From positions 1 to 64,000 of the IMG/VR virus record IMGVR_UViG_3300026488_000001: a stretch of DNA of 64,000 bases, one strand, 5' to 3'. The notes under the pieces were generated by a model. The model was not told the DNA's origin. It made no database searches and saw only the letters and a program-made list of their open reading frames with translations. This document shows positions 27,968 to 37,321 of this stretch, in pieces. How positions within the stretch are numbered: the first letter of the stretch is position 1; each line of letters opens with the position of its first letter. The position numbers were made by a program, and so were the translations under genes. Source of the stretch: a virus.

Positions 27968-30406
27968 ATGGTAGGGATTGAAGTTGTAAAAAGAGACGGT
28001 CGTAAAGAACCTTTCAGTATGGATAAGATTATTAAGATGTATAACTTTTGTAGGCAAGGTTTAAACATAGACAATGAACAATTTTGGAAAGAATTTCGTT
28101 TTACTCTTAAGTCTGGTATTACTACTAAAGAAATTCAACAAAATTTAATAGCTACTGCTAACAAACTTTCAGTATCAGATAAAGAGAGAATTAAAGATTA
28201 CTCTATTCTTGCTGGTAGATTTTATTTACTTGATTGGATAAAAGATATAAGGCTACATAGAGAAAAAGAGTATGAAACTCTTACTGATGATTATGGGTTT
28301 TTTAAGAATGCTAATGATTGGATTAATCACTTGAAGAAGTATGTAGAGTTAGGTGTTTATGATGAAAGAATACTCAAAATTTCTAATGACATTCTTAGAA
28401 AACTCTATGTGTATGCTAAAAAGGTTCAGTTAGATTATGATTATAACTTCCCTTACTTTATGTGGAATGATTTTTACTACCAGGTAGTAAAATTTTCAAA
28501 ATCATATATTTTGACTTATAACAATAAACCAATAGAAACTTTTGCTGAAGCACTCCTTTTAATTTCTATTCTTGGATTTCTTCCAGACTATAAGCAAAAT
28601 AAAGAATTATTTATAAACAATGTTAAACTATTTTATAGACTATTACTTGATAGAACGATAATTCCAGCTACTCCTCAACTTTCTAACCTTAGAAGAGCTA
28701 AAGGTAATTTATCATCTTGTAATATTCTTGATATTCATGATAATCTTGAAAGTATTATGTATTCTTTTTGGCAAGTTGCAGAAATTAGTAAAAGAGGAGG
28801 AGGATTAGGTATTTATCTTGGAGAGATAAGACCTAATGGAAGTTATATACAAGGGAATAAAGGTAAATCAGTATCAGTATTAAAGTGGTGCAAAATACTT
28901 GATGATATGTTAGATACAATAGATCAGCTTGGAAAACGTAGAGGAGCTGGTACAGTAGCTCTTCCTATATGGCATATGGATGTATTGGACTTTATGGCTA
29001 TGCGTAATCCTATTGGTGAAATCAGAATGAAAATGTTTTCCCTTTATCCTCAAGTAATAATACCAGACTTGTTTATGGAGAGGGTTAAAGAGAATAGGGA
29101 TTGGACATTAATAGACCATTATGAATTGAAAATAAAATATGATATTGATTTAGTAAATTGTTGGGGTAAGGAATTTGAGGAGAATTACATAAAAGCAGAA
29201 GAGTTAGTTGAACAAGGTAAAGTAAGAGGTAAAGTTTATAAGGCAAGAGAAATTTATAGACAATTAATTAAAAATATTCTTGCATCTGGAATGCCGTATC
29301 TATTTTTTGTAGATACAGTAAATCAATACTCTCCCTTTAAGGAACAAATTAAATGTGGAAATCTTTGCGTGGAATCCTATTCCCCATTTTCTAATACAAA
29401 TCCTGAAGGGAAAAAACCTGATAATAAGATAGATAACATAGGTTATGTTCATTCTTGCAATTTACTTTCCCTTAATCTACCTGTACTATATGAACGAGGA
29501 ATTTTGTTTAATAACAACAAGTTAAAACAGGTAATGTCTTTAGTTGTTAGGTATATGGATAACATATTAGATATAGCAGGTCATCCTATAAATGAAATTA
29601 AAAGACATAACCAAGATTACAGAACTTTAGGAATAGGTTTTGTAGGACTAGCAGATTTACTCGTTAGGAAGTCAATAGACGACAATAAGCTGTATGCCTA
29701 CAGGATAACTAATAGAAATATAAATAGAGATGAGTTGTTTAACTTGCTTAAGCAGATATTCGGTAGGATAGCATTCTATTCTATTAGAACTAGTGTAGAT
29801 TTGGCTAAAGAGAGAGGTAAAGCAAATAAGTGTAATGAAACTAAATGGAGTGAGGTATTTTTAGGCCAAATCCTATTTGGAGAAGATTTTGAAGTATCTT
29901 CTGCTGTTGAATTTGATGTAGATAGAGGTGAAGTTGATGAACTGGTAAAAGATATTCAAAAATATGGGATTAGGAATACAATGCTGTTAAATGCTCCTCC
30001 CAATACATCAACATCTATCTATGCAGGAACTACTGCAAGTATTTTCCCTCCATTCAACCTTATCCAGACTGAAAAGCAATCTACTGGAGTTTATGTAGTA
30101 TTTCCAAGATATATTACAGAAGGTTGGTTTTACTATGATGAGTATTCAAAATTTACTGAACAAGATTTGTATGATGTAATTGAGATAGTTTCATTTATCC
30201 AAAAATATATAGATTCAGGAATTTCCTTTGATTATCCAATCAACATAAGAGATGGTTTCATTCCAAAAGAAGAAGTGGGTAGGATATTAGGTCAGTTTAT
30301 CTATAAAGCTTGGAAAAATGGAATAAAAGCTCTTTACTACGCTAGAATAGTAGCTAAAGCAGAAGGAGAACAAACTAAAGAAGAGTGTGTAAGTTGTGCA
30401 AATTGA
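27968..30406 (+). CDS. nrdA: Class I ribonucleotide reductase alpha subunit with ATP cone
   Basis: VVKRDGRKEPF, PATP, LSSC, GNLCVE, APPNTSTS, C-terminal ECVSCA. Confidence 0.95.
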   Translation: MVGIEVVKRDGRKEPFSMDKIIKMYNFCRQGLNIDNEQFWKEFRFTLKSGITTKEIQQNLIATANKLSVSDKERIKDYSILAGRFYLLDWIKDIRLHREKEYETLTDDYGFFKNANDWINHLKKYVELGVYDERILKISNDILRKLYVYAKKVQLDYDYNFPYFMWNDFYYQVVKFSKSYILTYNNKPIETFAEALLLISILGFLPDYKQNKELFINNVKLFYRLLLDRTIIPATPQLSNLRRAKGNLSSCNILDIHDNLESIMYSFWQVAEISKRGGGLGIYLGEIRPNGSYIQGNKGKSVSVLKWCKILDDMLDTIDQLGKRRGAGTVALPIWHMDVLDFMAMRNPIGEIRMKMFSLYPQVIIPDLFMERVKENRDWTLIDHYELKIKYDIDLVNCWGKEFEENYIKAEELVEQGKVRGKVYKAREIYRQLIKNILASGMPYLFFVDTVNQYSPFKEQIKCGNLCVESYSPFSNTNPEGKKPDNKIDNIGYVHSCNLLSLNLPVLYERGILFNNNKLKQVMSLVVRYMDNILDIAGHPINEIKRHNQDYRTLGIGFVGLADLLVRKSIDDNKLYAYRITNRNINRDELFNLLKQIFGRIAFYSIRTSVDLAKERGKANKCNETKWSEVFLGQILFGEDFEVSSAVEFDVDRGEVDELVKDIQKYGIRNTMLLNAPPNTSTSIYAGTTASIFPPFNLIQTEKQSTGVYVVFPRYITEGWFYYDEYSKFTEQDLYDVIEIVSFIQKYIDSGISFDYPINIRDGFIPKEEVGRILGQFIYKAWKNGIKALYYARIVAKAEGEQTKEECVSCAN

Positions 30407-30423
30407 GATAAAGGAGGCGAGAT

Positions 30424-31011
30424 ATGAATCCAAATCAATACATAAAAACCGGTAGTGATGAGAGTTATACTTATCCTAATTTGGTTAAGATAATTATACC
30501 TTATATAGAGAAATTTAAACAAAAAATAGGTAAGGACAATATAACAATTTGGTGTCCTTTTGATTTAGAAAGGGATATTGTAGTTAACGGTATTAGATAT
30601 TATCAATCAAACTATGTTAAAATTTTTAAAGAACAAGGTTATAATGTAATAGCAAGTCACATTTTAACAGGACAAGACTTCTTTGAATATGAACCTGATG
30701 AAGAATGGGATGTTATTATTTCAAACCCACCTTTTAAGAATAAAGCTCTCTTTTTTAAAAGAGCTTTGAGTTTTAATAAACCGTTTGCTTTAGTTTCAAC
30801 TGCAAGTTGGTTTAATGACGGTGGTATTAATAATGTTTTTAAAGATTATCAAGATAATTTTGCTATTATAGTGCCTAATAGAAGAGCAAAATTTTTTAAT
30901 AATAAAGGAGAAGTTATAGGGAAACAACCAAGTTTTAAAGCTATTTATTATTGTTATAAGTTTGTTGATAAAGGAATTTATTTTGTAGAACTGGAGAAGG
31001 AGGTTATGTAA
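30424..31011 (+). CDS. Phage-type adenine methyltransferase (NPPF)
   Basis: DESYT, IWCPFD, GQDFF, IISNPPF. Confidence 0.8.
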   Translation: MNPNQYIKTGSDESYTYPNLVKIIIPYIEKFKQKIGKDNITIWCPFDLERDIVVNGIRYYQSNYVKIFKEQGYNVIASHILTGQDFFEYEPDEEWDVIISNPPFKNKALFFKRALSFNKPFALVSTASWFNDGGINNVFKDYQDNFAIIVPNRRAKFFNNKGEVIGKQPSFKAIYYCYKFVDKGIYFVELEKEVM

Positions 31012-31781
31012 TGTCTTGGAAAGACATATTTCCTCAAGAGAATAGATATTTTGAAACTGAGAATGGTATTCTCTATTGTGAAGACTGTTTAGAAGGTATG
31101 TCTAAGTTCCCAGAAAAAATATTTGATGCTATAATAACAGACCCGCCTTATGGAATTACTGTATGTAAATGGGATGTAGTTATTCCTTTTGAAGATATGT
31201 GGAGAGAATTAAAAAGAATAAGGAAAGAAAGAACTCCAATTGTTTTATTTGGTAGTGAACCTTTTAGTAGTTTGTTAAGGGTAAGTAATCTAAAAGAGTT
31301 TAGATATGATTGGATATGGGAAAAAGAACAAGGTGCTAATTTTATGAATGTGAAACATCAACCATATAAAGTTCATGAAATTATAAGTGTTTTTGGAAAA
31401 AAATCTCCTAATTATTTCCCTATAATGGGAAAAGGTAAACCTTATATATCAGGTAAAGGAACTTCAGGAGAAATTACTGGTAATGTAGTAAAAATACAAA
31501 CAAAAAACAAAGGCACAAGGTATCCAAGAAGCGTAATAAAGTTTAACACAGATAAAAGGGAGTCTGTTCATCCAACACAAAAACCATTAGCATTACTAGA
31601 GTATTTAATTAAAACTTATACGAATAAAGGAGATTTGGTTTTAGACTTTACTTGTGGGAGTGGAACTACATTAGTAGCTTGTGAAAAGTTAAATAGAAGA
31701 TGGATAGGAATAGAAATTAATGAAAAATATTGTGAGATAGCTAAAAGAAGAATAGAGGAGGTTAGGAAAGATGGTGAGTAG
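31011..31781 (+). CDS. Beta-class DNA methyltransferase (DPPY, probably N6-A)
   Basis: TDPPYG, HPTQKP, DFTCGSGTT. Confidence 0.9.
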   Translation: MSWKDIFPQENRYFETENGILYCEDCLEGMSKFPEKIFDAIITDPPYGITVCKWDVVIPFEDMWRELKRIRKERTPIVLFGSEPFSSLLRVSNLKEFRYDWIWEKEQGANFMNVKHQPYKVHEIISVFGKKSPNYFPIMGKGKPYISGKGTSGEITGNVVKIQTKNKGTRYPRSVIKFNTDKRESVHPTQKPLALLEYLIKTYTNKGDLVLDFTCGSGTTLVACEKLNRRWIGIEINEKYCEIAKRRIEEVRKDGE

Positions 31782-32877
31782 GTTTCCACAGGTATTTAAT
31801 CCAAATGGAAATGATAACTTTAGTGAATTAATTTGGACTAATGAAGTAATAGAAAAATCTACAGGGTTAGCTAACCTTAATCTCAATAAACACTCTTATG
31901 CAATAGAATGGATTAAACAAGCTATGTCTATCCTCTGGAGACCAGAGGAAATATCTATGTCTGATGATAAAAAACAGTTTGATGATTTACCTAAAGGTAT
32001 AAAAGATACTTTTGAGTATGTTATATCTTTTCTAATTCTCTTAGACTCAATAGTTCCCAACAACACTTCAACATTGTTAAGAGTAATGGCTGATGAGGAA
32101 ATAAAAACAGCTCTCTATTGGCATACAGCTATTGAGTCCCTCCACAGAGAATCTTACCAGTATATACTTAAATCAGTATTCGGAGAAGATGATAAAAAAA
32201 TTAACGAAGTTTATTACAAGTTTAAGCATTTTGAACCTCTTCTTAAAAGGAATTATGCTATAACCAGAGATTTTCAAACCCTTAATGATTTGGTTAACAA
32301 AGGAATAGTAGATGAGAATAATCTAAATCAACTTTCTTACAGACAAGAAACATTCCAAAGAGCTATTTTTAGAGCTATGGTAAATGATTTAGCTATCGAG
32401 GGAATAGTGTTCTTTACAGGGTTTAACACTTTTCATATATTTGCTTACAAGTTAGGTATTCTTCAAGGTTCTAACCAACAAATAACCCAAATTAGAAAGG
32501 ATGAAACTCTCCATATTCCTTTATTTACTTACATTCTAAAAGAGTGGAGAGATAGAGGGTATTATTATAATGAAGAAGAAATTAAAGAAATATTTGGTAG
32601 AAGTGCAGAAGCAGATATTGAATTTTACACTAACTCAATAGCAGGAGAAGTTCCATTAATGACTGAACAAAACATTAAAGATTATATTCAAACCTTAACT
32701 AATCAAAGGTTAGCTTTACTAGACATACCTCCAATATTTTCTGTTAATAGAAATCCGTTTGAAGATATAGAAAAACTCTTAACTCAAGATAAAACTTCAT
32801 TTTTTGAAACTGGAGCTATTGATTATGCTCATATTCCTGTTAATGAGGAAGATATAGATAAAATTAACTTTGATTAA
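31771..32877 (+). CDS. nrdB: Class I ribonucleotide reductase beta subunit
   Basis: WRPEEI, LDS, ESLHRESY, EGIVFFTGF, DETLH, FFE. Confidence 0.93.
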   Translation: MVSRFPQVFNPNGNDNFSELIWTNEVIEKSTGLANLNLNKHSYAIEWIKQAMSILWRPEEISMSDDKKQFDDLPKGIKDTFEYVISFLILLDSIVPNNTSTLLRVMADEEIKTALYWHTAIESLHRESYQYILKSVFGEDDKKINEVYYKFKHFEPLLKRNYAITRDFQTLNDLVNKGIVDENNLNQLSYRQETFQRAIFRAMVNDLAIEGIVFFTGFNTFHIFAYKLGILQGSNQQITQIRKDETLHIPLFTYILKEWRDRGYYYNEEEIKEIFGRSAEADIEFYTNSIAGEVPLMTEQNIKDYIQTLTNQRLALLDIPPIFSVNRNPFEDIEKLLTQDKTSFFETGAIDYAHIPVNEEDIDKINFD

Positions 32878-32880
32878 TTT

Positions 32881-32902
32881 GGCAGGCTTTTGCCTGCCTT
32901 TT
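32881..32902 (+). terminator. Intrinsic terminator
   Basis: GGCAGGC/GCCTGCC stem plus T-run after nrdB. Confidence 0.75.
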
Positions 32903-32913
32903 AGGGGGTTATT

Positions 32914-33591
32914 ATGAGAGTAGTTCAGATAGCAGGGAGGAAAAGTTCTGGAAAAACTTTTCTTTCTGATTTACTCTTTCATTCTTTTTCAAAAGAAGGT
33001 TATAGGATTTATAAGATTAGCTTTGCTTCTAAGTTAAAGTTTACACTTAGAAAGTTGGGTGTATCCAAATCAGGAATAGTAAAAAATTTATCTTTTGAGG
33101 ATTTTTATTCAAGCTTACAAGATATATTTTTTACTTACTTTCCAAAGTATATAAGAAGTCGTTTAATAACTCAGACGATTAAATATTTTTATGAGTTAAG
33201 AGATGCTTATAACATTTTCTTTATTCAGAAAGATTTTGAGAATGGATTTAGGAAATTAGCACAGTTGATAGGAACTGAAATAGTAAGGGAGATAGATGAA
33301 GACTTTTGGGTTAAAGAAGTAGTTAGAAGTATAAAACAAGTAGAAAAATGTGTTGATTTTGTTTTGATAGATGACTGGCGTTTTCCTAATGAAGATTTAA
33401 CTAAATATTTTCCTGAACGGAAAGTATTTAGGATTTTACTTGTAACAAAAGATGAACAAAAAGATAATCACATTTCTGAAAACCTTGTTAATCAGTTAAG
33501 AGTGGATTTAAAAGTAGAAAGGTATGGGGATAAATATAATCCGGATTTTGAAAAGATAATTAGGAGGGTTCGAGGTGAGGAATATACTTAG
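32914..33591 (+). CDS. Deoxynucleoside monophosphate kinase
   Basis: GRKSSGKT, SFASKLK, RKLAQLIGTE, DDWRFPNE, HISE. Confidence 0.88.
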   Translation: MRVVQIAGRKSSGKTFLSDLLFHSFSKEGYRIYKISFASKLKFTLRKLGVSKSGIVKNLSFEDFYSSLQDIFFTYFPKYIRSRLITQTIKYFYELRDAYNIFFIQKDFENGFRKLAQLIGTEIVREIDEDFWVKEVVRSIKQVEKCVDFVLIDDWRFPNEDLTKYFPERKVFRILLVTKDEQKDNHISENLVNQLRVDLKVERYGDKYNPDFEKIIRRVRGEEYT

Positions 33592-35425
33592 TCTTTTTGA
33601 CGGTATTTCTTGTGGTAGGTTAGCATTGGATAGAGCTGGAATTAAATATGAAAAATATTATGCAAGTGAAATTGATAAATATGCAATAGCGGTAACTAGG
33701 TATAATTATCCTGATACAATATTTGTCGGAGACATTAGGAATCTAAAAGGAGAAGATTTTAAAGATATAGATTTAATAATGGGAGGAAGTCCTTGTTTTG
33801 CTGAAGGAACAAAAGTTTTGACAAAAGAAGGATATAAAAATATTGAAGATATTAAACTAAATGATTATGTCTTAACACATAATAAAAGATTTTGTAGAGT
33901 ACTAGATATAGGTTATAGATATGCTGAGACTTATATTGTAAAAGCTCAAGGAATTTTATCTATTGAAACAACTTTTAATCACCCATTTTTAGTTAGAGAA
34001 ATAAGTTGGAAATGGAATAGCAAAAAAAGAACTAAAGAAAGAGTTTGGTCAGAACCAAAATGGAAAAATGCGGAGAAGTTAACAAAAAATGATTTTATAG
34101 GAATTCCTATAATTGAAATTGAAGAACTAGCATTGTCACTACAGTTAGCAGTAACTAAAGTTTATAAAGTTAATAGTTCTATTTATTTCTATAAAAGACC
34201 TAATAAGTATATTATTGAAGGAAGAATTGTAAATCAAAATGATACTTATTTTGTTGAATTTAGAACAGGCAATAGAAAACAGCGAAGAGCAGTAGTTATA
34301 GATGGAATAGTTTGGGTTCCTGTAAAAGAAGTAATAAAAACAGGACTATTTAAGAAAGTTTATAATTTAGAAGTAGAAAACGATAATACATATACAGCTA
34401 ATAATGTTATTGTTCACAATTGTCAAAATTTTAGTTTTTCTGGTAAAAAGCAAGGAATGATAACAAAAGAGAAAATAGAAGTAACTACGCTTGAACAATA
34501 TTTGGAATTAAAGGAACAAGGGTTTGAATTTGAAGGACAATCTTATCTCTTTTGGGAATTTGTAAGATTATTAAAAGAAATTAAACCTAAATGGTTTTTA
34601 CTTGAAAATGTTAGAATGGCCAAAAAGTGGAGGGATGTTATTACAAATGCTTTAGAAGTAGAACCTATTGAAATTAATTCTGCTTTAGTTTCAGCTCAAA
34701 ATAGAAGAAGGTTATATTGGACTAATATCCCTGTTAAGGGATTACCAAAAGATAAAGGTATTTTGTTGAAAGATATATTAGAGGATGAAGTTGATGAAAA
34801 ATATTATCTTGATAAAGGGATAGAAATTTTAAATAAACAGAAAGGAGGTCTTTGTAAAGAGATTGGTAAACTTGAAATTAAAGGTTTTGATTGTATAAGA
34901 AGAGTTTATAGTCCAGAAGGAAAGTCTCCAACATTGATTGCAATGCAAGGAGGTTATAGGCAACCTAAAATAATTGAAGAAAAGTATTACCTATCAGAGA
35001 AACATTTTAAAGCATTTTTAAAAAGTTATAAAAACTTTAGTTTAGATGATAGAAACAGTAAATCTAAACCGTTACTCGCAACTTATTATAAACAACCACC
35101 TCATTGCCCTTATATTTTAGATAAGGACAAATCTCTTTGTATGGATGCTTGTTATTACAAAGGTGGGAACTTAAAACAATATTTTGAGAAACATAGAAGA
35201 CAACTTGTTTTTAAAGTTAATGAAGAAAATAAGGTTAGAGTTAGAAGACTTACTCCTCTTGAATGTGAAAGACTACAAACTCTTCCGGATAATTATACTC
35301 AATATGGTTTATTTGATGACGGAAAGATAAGAAAGATTTCAGACACGCAAAGGTATAAAATGATAGGGAATGGTTGGACTGTTGATGTAATAGCTTGGAT
35401 TTTCTCATTTATAAATGATGAATGA
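33575..35425 (+). CDS. C5 cytosine DNA methyltransferase containing an intein
   Basis: SLFDG, GGSP/CQ, LENV, QNRRRLYW, RRLTPLECERLQ, GNGW. Confidence 0.92.
   Translation: MRNILSLFDGISCGRLALDRAGIKYEKYYASEIDKYAIAVTRYNYPDTIFVGDIRNLKGEDFKDIDLIMGGSPCFAEGTKVLTKEGYKNIEDIKLNDYVLTHNKRFCRVLDIGYRYAETYIVKAQGILSIETTFNHPFLVREISWKWNSKKRTKERVWSEPKWKNAEKLTKNDFIGIPIIEIEELALSLQLAVTKVYKVNSSIYFYKRPNKYIIEGRIVNQNDTYFVEFRTGNRKQRRAVVIDGIVWVPVKEVIKTGLFKKVYNLEVENDNTYTANNVIVHNCQNFSFSGKKQGMITKEKIEVTTLEQYLELKEQGFEFEGQSYLFWEFVRLLKEIKPKWFLLENVRMAKKWRDVITNALEVEPIEINSALVSAQNRRRLYWTNIPVKGLPKDKGILLKDILEDEVDEKYYLDKGIEILNKQKGGLCKEIGKLEIKGFDCIRRVYSPEGKSPTLIAMQGGYRQPKIIEEKYYLSEKHFKAFLKSYKNFSLDDRNSKSKPLLATYYKQPPHCPYILDKDKSLCMDACYYKGGNLKQYFEKHRRQLVFKVNEENKVRVRRLTPLECERLQTLPDNYTQYGLFDDGKIRKISDTQRYKMIGNGWTVDVIAWIFSFINDE
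33794..34420 (+). mobile_element. 209-aa cis intein with remnant of a deleted endonuclease domain
   Basis: Starts CFAEGTKVLT, block B TFNHPF, ends VYNLEV..TYTANNVIVHN/C. Confidence 0.92.
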
Positions 35426-35433
35426 GGTAGATT

Positions 35434-35616
35434 ATGAGTTGTAATCACCAATGGGAGGAGGTTAAAGTTAAATCAAAACATTACAGATTTTGTCAAACTT
35501 GTTTTAAGATTCAGGTTTACGACAATAGATTAGGTTGGAGACTGTTAACAGATTTGGAAAAAGTAAAATTGATAAAACTCCTGAAAAAGATAATAAGGAG
35601 AAGTAAGTATGGGTAA
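35434..35616 (+). CDS. Small zinc-binding hypothetical protein
   Basis: CNHQW...CQTC. Confidence 0.55.
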   Translation: MSCNHQWEEVKVKSKHYRFCQTCFKIQVYDNRLGWRLLTDLEKVKLIKLLKKIIRRSKYG

Positions 35617-36133
35617 GAACAAATCTAAAAACAAAGGAAAACAATTTGAAGAAAGAGTAGCTAAAATTTTTAGAGAATGTTGGCATCTTTCAAAGCATGA
35701 ATGTCACCGTGCTTTATCATCAGGAACTTATCAAGTAGACTATTCAGATATTGTATTCTCTCCAGAAACTATTGAAAGACCTCATCTAATAGTAGAATGT
35801 AAAAAACGAAAATCTGTTCCTGCTAATCAACTTTTAACTTTTACTTCAGAATTCAACAATTGGTTAGAACAGGTAGAAGAAGCATCAGAGAAATACTTTC
35901 AGCATTTTCAAGTTTATCCGGTTTCATTAATAGTTTTTGCAGTTAATAATATGAGACCGATAGTAATAGTTGACCAAGAATTACTCTCATTAATTCCATC
36001 TAAACCAGAATTTAATCTTTATCTGATAAAGCACCCGACTTCATTAAATTTTTACATAGTGAACAATAACTATATAGGAACTTGGCTTGATCTATTTTTA
36101 AACGAATGTCTTCAACCCAAGTACAGATATTAG
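35609..36133 (+). CDS. PD-(D/E)xK Holliday junction resolvase
   Basis: KGKQFEERVA, R..SSG, SDIV, VECK. Confidence 0.82.
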   Translation: MGKNKSKNKGKQFEERVAKIFRECWHLSKHECHRALSSGTYQVDYSDIVFSPETIERPHLIVECKKRKSVPANQLLTFTSEFNNWLEQVEEASEKYFQHFQVYPVSLIVFAVNNMRPIVIVDQELLSLIPSKPEFNLYLIKHPTSLNFYIVNNNYIGTWLDLFLNECLQPKYRY

Positions 36134-36261
36134 TAATTATGCAATAGTTTTAATCAAAATTATTATAATTTTAGAAGCTCTATCTATCTAAGTTAAATAG
36201 ATATTGCTAATATTTAACTAACGAAATCAGACCCTTCTTATGTTTCCCTCCTTCACAAACA

Positions 36262-36287
36262 GGGAGGCTAATTTAGCCTCCCTTTTC
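36262..36287 (+). terminator. Intrinsic terminator
   Basis: GGGAGGCTA/TAGCCTCCC stem plus TTTT. Confidence 0.7.
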
Positions 36288-36301
36288 TTAAAGAGGTAAC
36301 T

Positions 36302-36781
36302 ATGAAGAAACCGATAGTGAAAGTTCAAACTGAGCTTGATAAGCAACTAACCAATCTTAGAGATTATCTTGAAGGTAATCAAACTGAATTCAAATTAGAC
36401 CCGGATTTAGATTCACTTAAACTTGAAGTAGCTTCTTTTACAAGGTTAATGATAAAGAAGTATATGTCCAGATTAATTAAACTAGGAGAAAAACTTGAAA
36501 CTTTAGAAGATGAATTACTTTCCAATGCTAATTTCTCTAACTTTATAGAACAAGTAGAATTCTATAATGGTTTAGTTCAAGCCTATAATTCAGTATTCAA
36601 CAACCTTAAATCCTTAGTACCAATTTTAAAAGAACTTTCCAAGCTATCTCAATCAGTAGAATTAAGAGTAGTAGAAACTGAAGAAGATTCTTCTATACTA
36701 GAACAATTAGAAATAAACCAAGAGACTAGAAACACTCTAAAAGAAATATTAAGTTCAGTAGTAGAACACTTAGAAGTGTAA
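36302..36781 (+). CDS. Helical protein, candidate terminase small subunit
   Basis: Position directly upstream of terL; coiled-coil composition. Confidence 0.4.
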   Translation: MKKPIVKVQTELDKQLTNLRDYLEGNQTEFKLDPDLDSLKLEVASFTRLMIKKYMSRLIKLGEKLETLEDELLSNANFSNFIEQVEFYNGLVQAYNSVFNNLKSLVPILKELSKLSQSVELRVVETEEDSSILEQLEINQETRNTLKEILSSVVEHLEV

Positions 36782-36816
36782 TATATTAATAAACAAAATC
36801 CATTTATTAAGCTGGG

Positions 36817-36885
36817 GCAGGGTAGGAGAGCCTGAGCTGGCCACTCAGGTTAAAGGGATTCCCAGCGTCCCTTCTCCTACCCTGC
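36817..36885 (+). other. GC-rich three-way-junction structure upstream of terL
   Basis: 13-bp perfect stem GCAGGGTAGGAGA/TCTCCTACCCTGC enclosing CCTGAG/CTCAGG and GGGA/TCCC hairpins. Confidence 0.6.
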
Positions 36886-36916
36886 AAATCCCTAACAATC
36901 TAAAAAGAGTTCAATA

Positions 36917-37321
36917 ATGCTAAACCAACTAATCAATAAACTAAAAACCTTACCTCCTAAAGAGAAGTCTATATTAAAGAGATTAATTGAAAAGTTCCAA
37001 AATGACCCCCAATCCTTACTCCAATTGTATGCTGAACTTGAAGGTTATAAAGAAGTACCAGTAGATATAATAACATTTATAGAACACCCTAAATATTTAG
37101 GCCTTTCTTTAGGGGGTAAGATATACCCAGTATGGAAAGAAGCTCTAAAAACAATTTTCCCTAACCCATTCTACTCTCCTTATTATGAGTGCATCTACAC
37201 TGGAGCAATAGGGGTTGGGAAATGTCTTGGAAATCAACAACTTATAGAAGTTTATATGAATGAAGAAGATATAAAGAAATATGGATTAGAAGAGTTCATA
37301 ATAGAGGAAAGCAATGAGTAA
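36917..37321 (+). CDS. terL: Terminase large subunit N-extein (102 aa) fused to a 32-aa N-intein fragment (from 37223)
   Basis: VPVDIITFIEHPKYLG; half Walker A TGAIGVGK followed by CLGNQQLIEV. Confidence 0.88.
   Translation: MLNQLINKLKTLPPKEKSILKRLIEKFQNDPQSLLQLYAELEGYKEVPVDIITFIEHPKYLGLSLGGKIYPVWKEALKTIFPNPFYSPYYECIYTGAIGVGKCLGNQQLIEVYMNEEDIKKYGLEEFIIEESNE

Noticed and set aside
36131-36225. Degenerate third copy of the 115-bp element after the resolvase stop
   Set aside because: Only short AT-rich matches (TAGTAAT, AGATATT.CTAA); not separable from chance by eye
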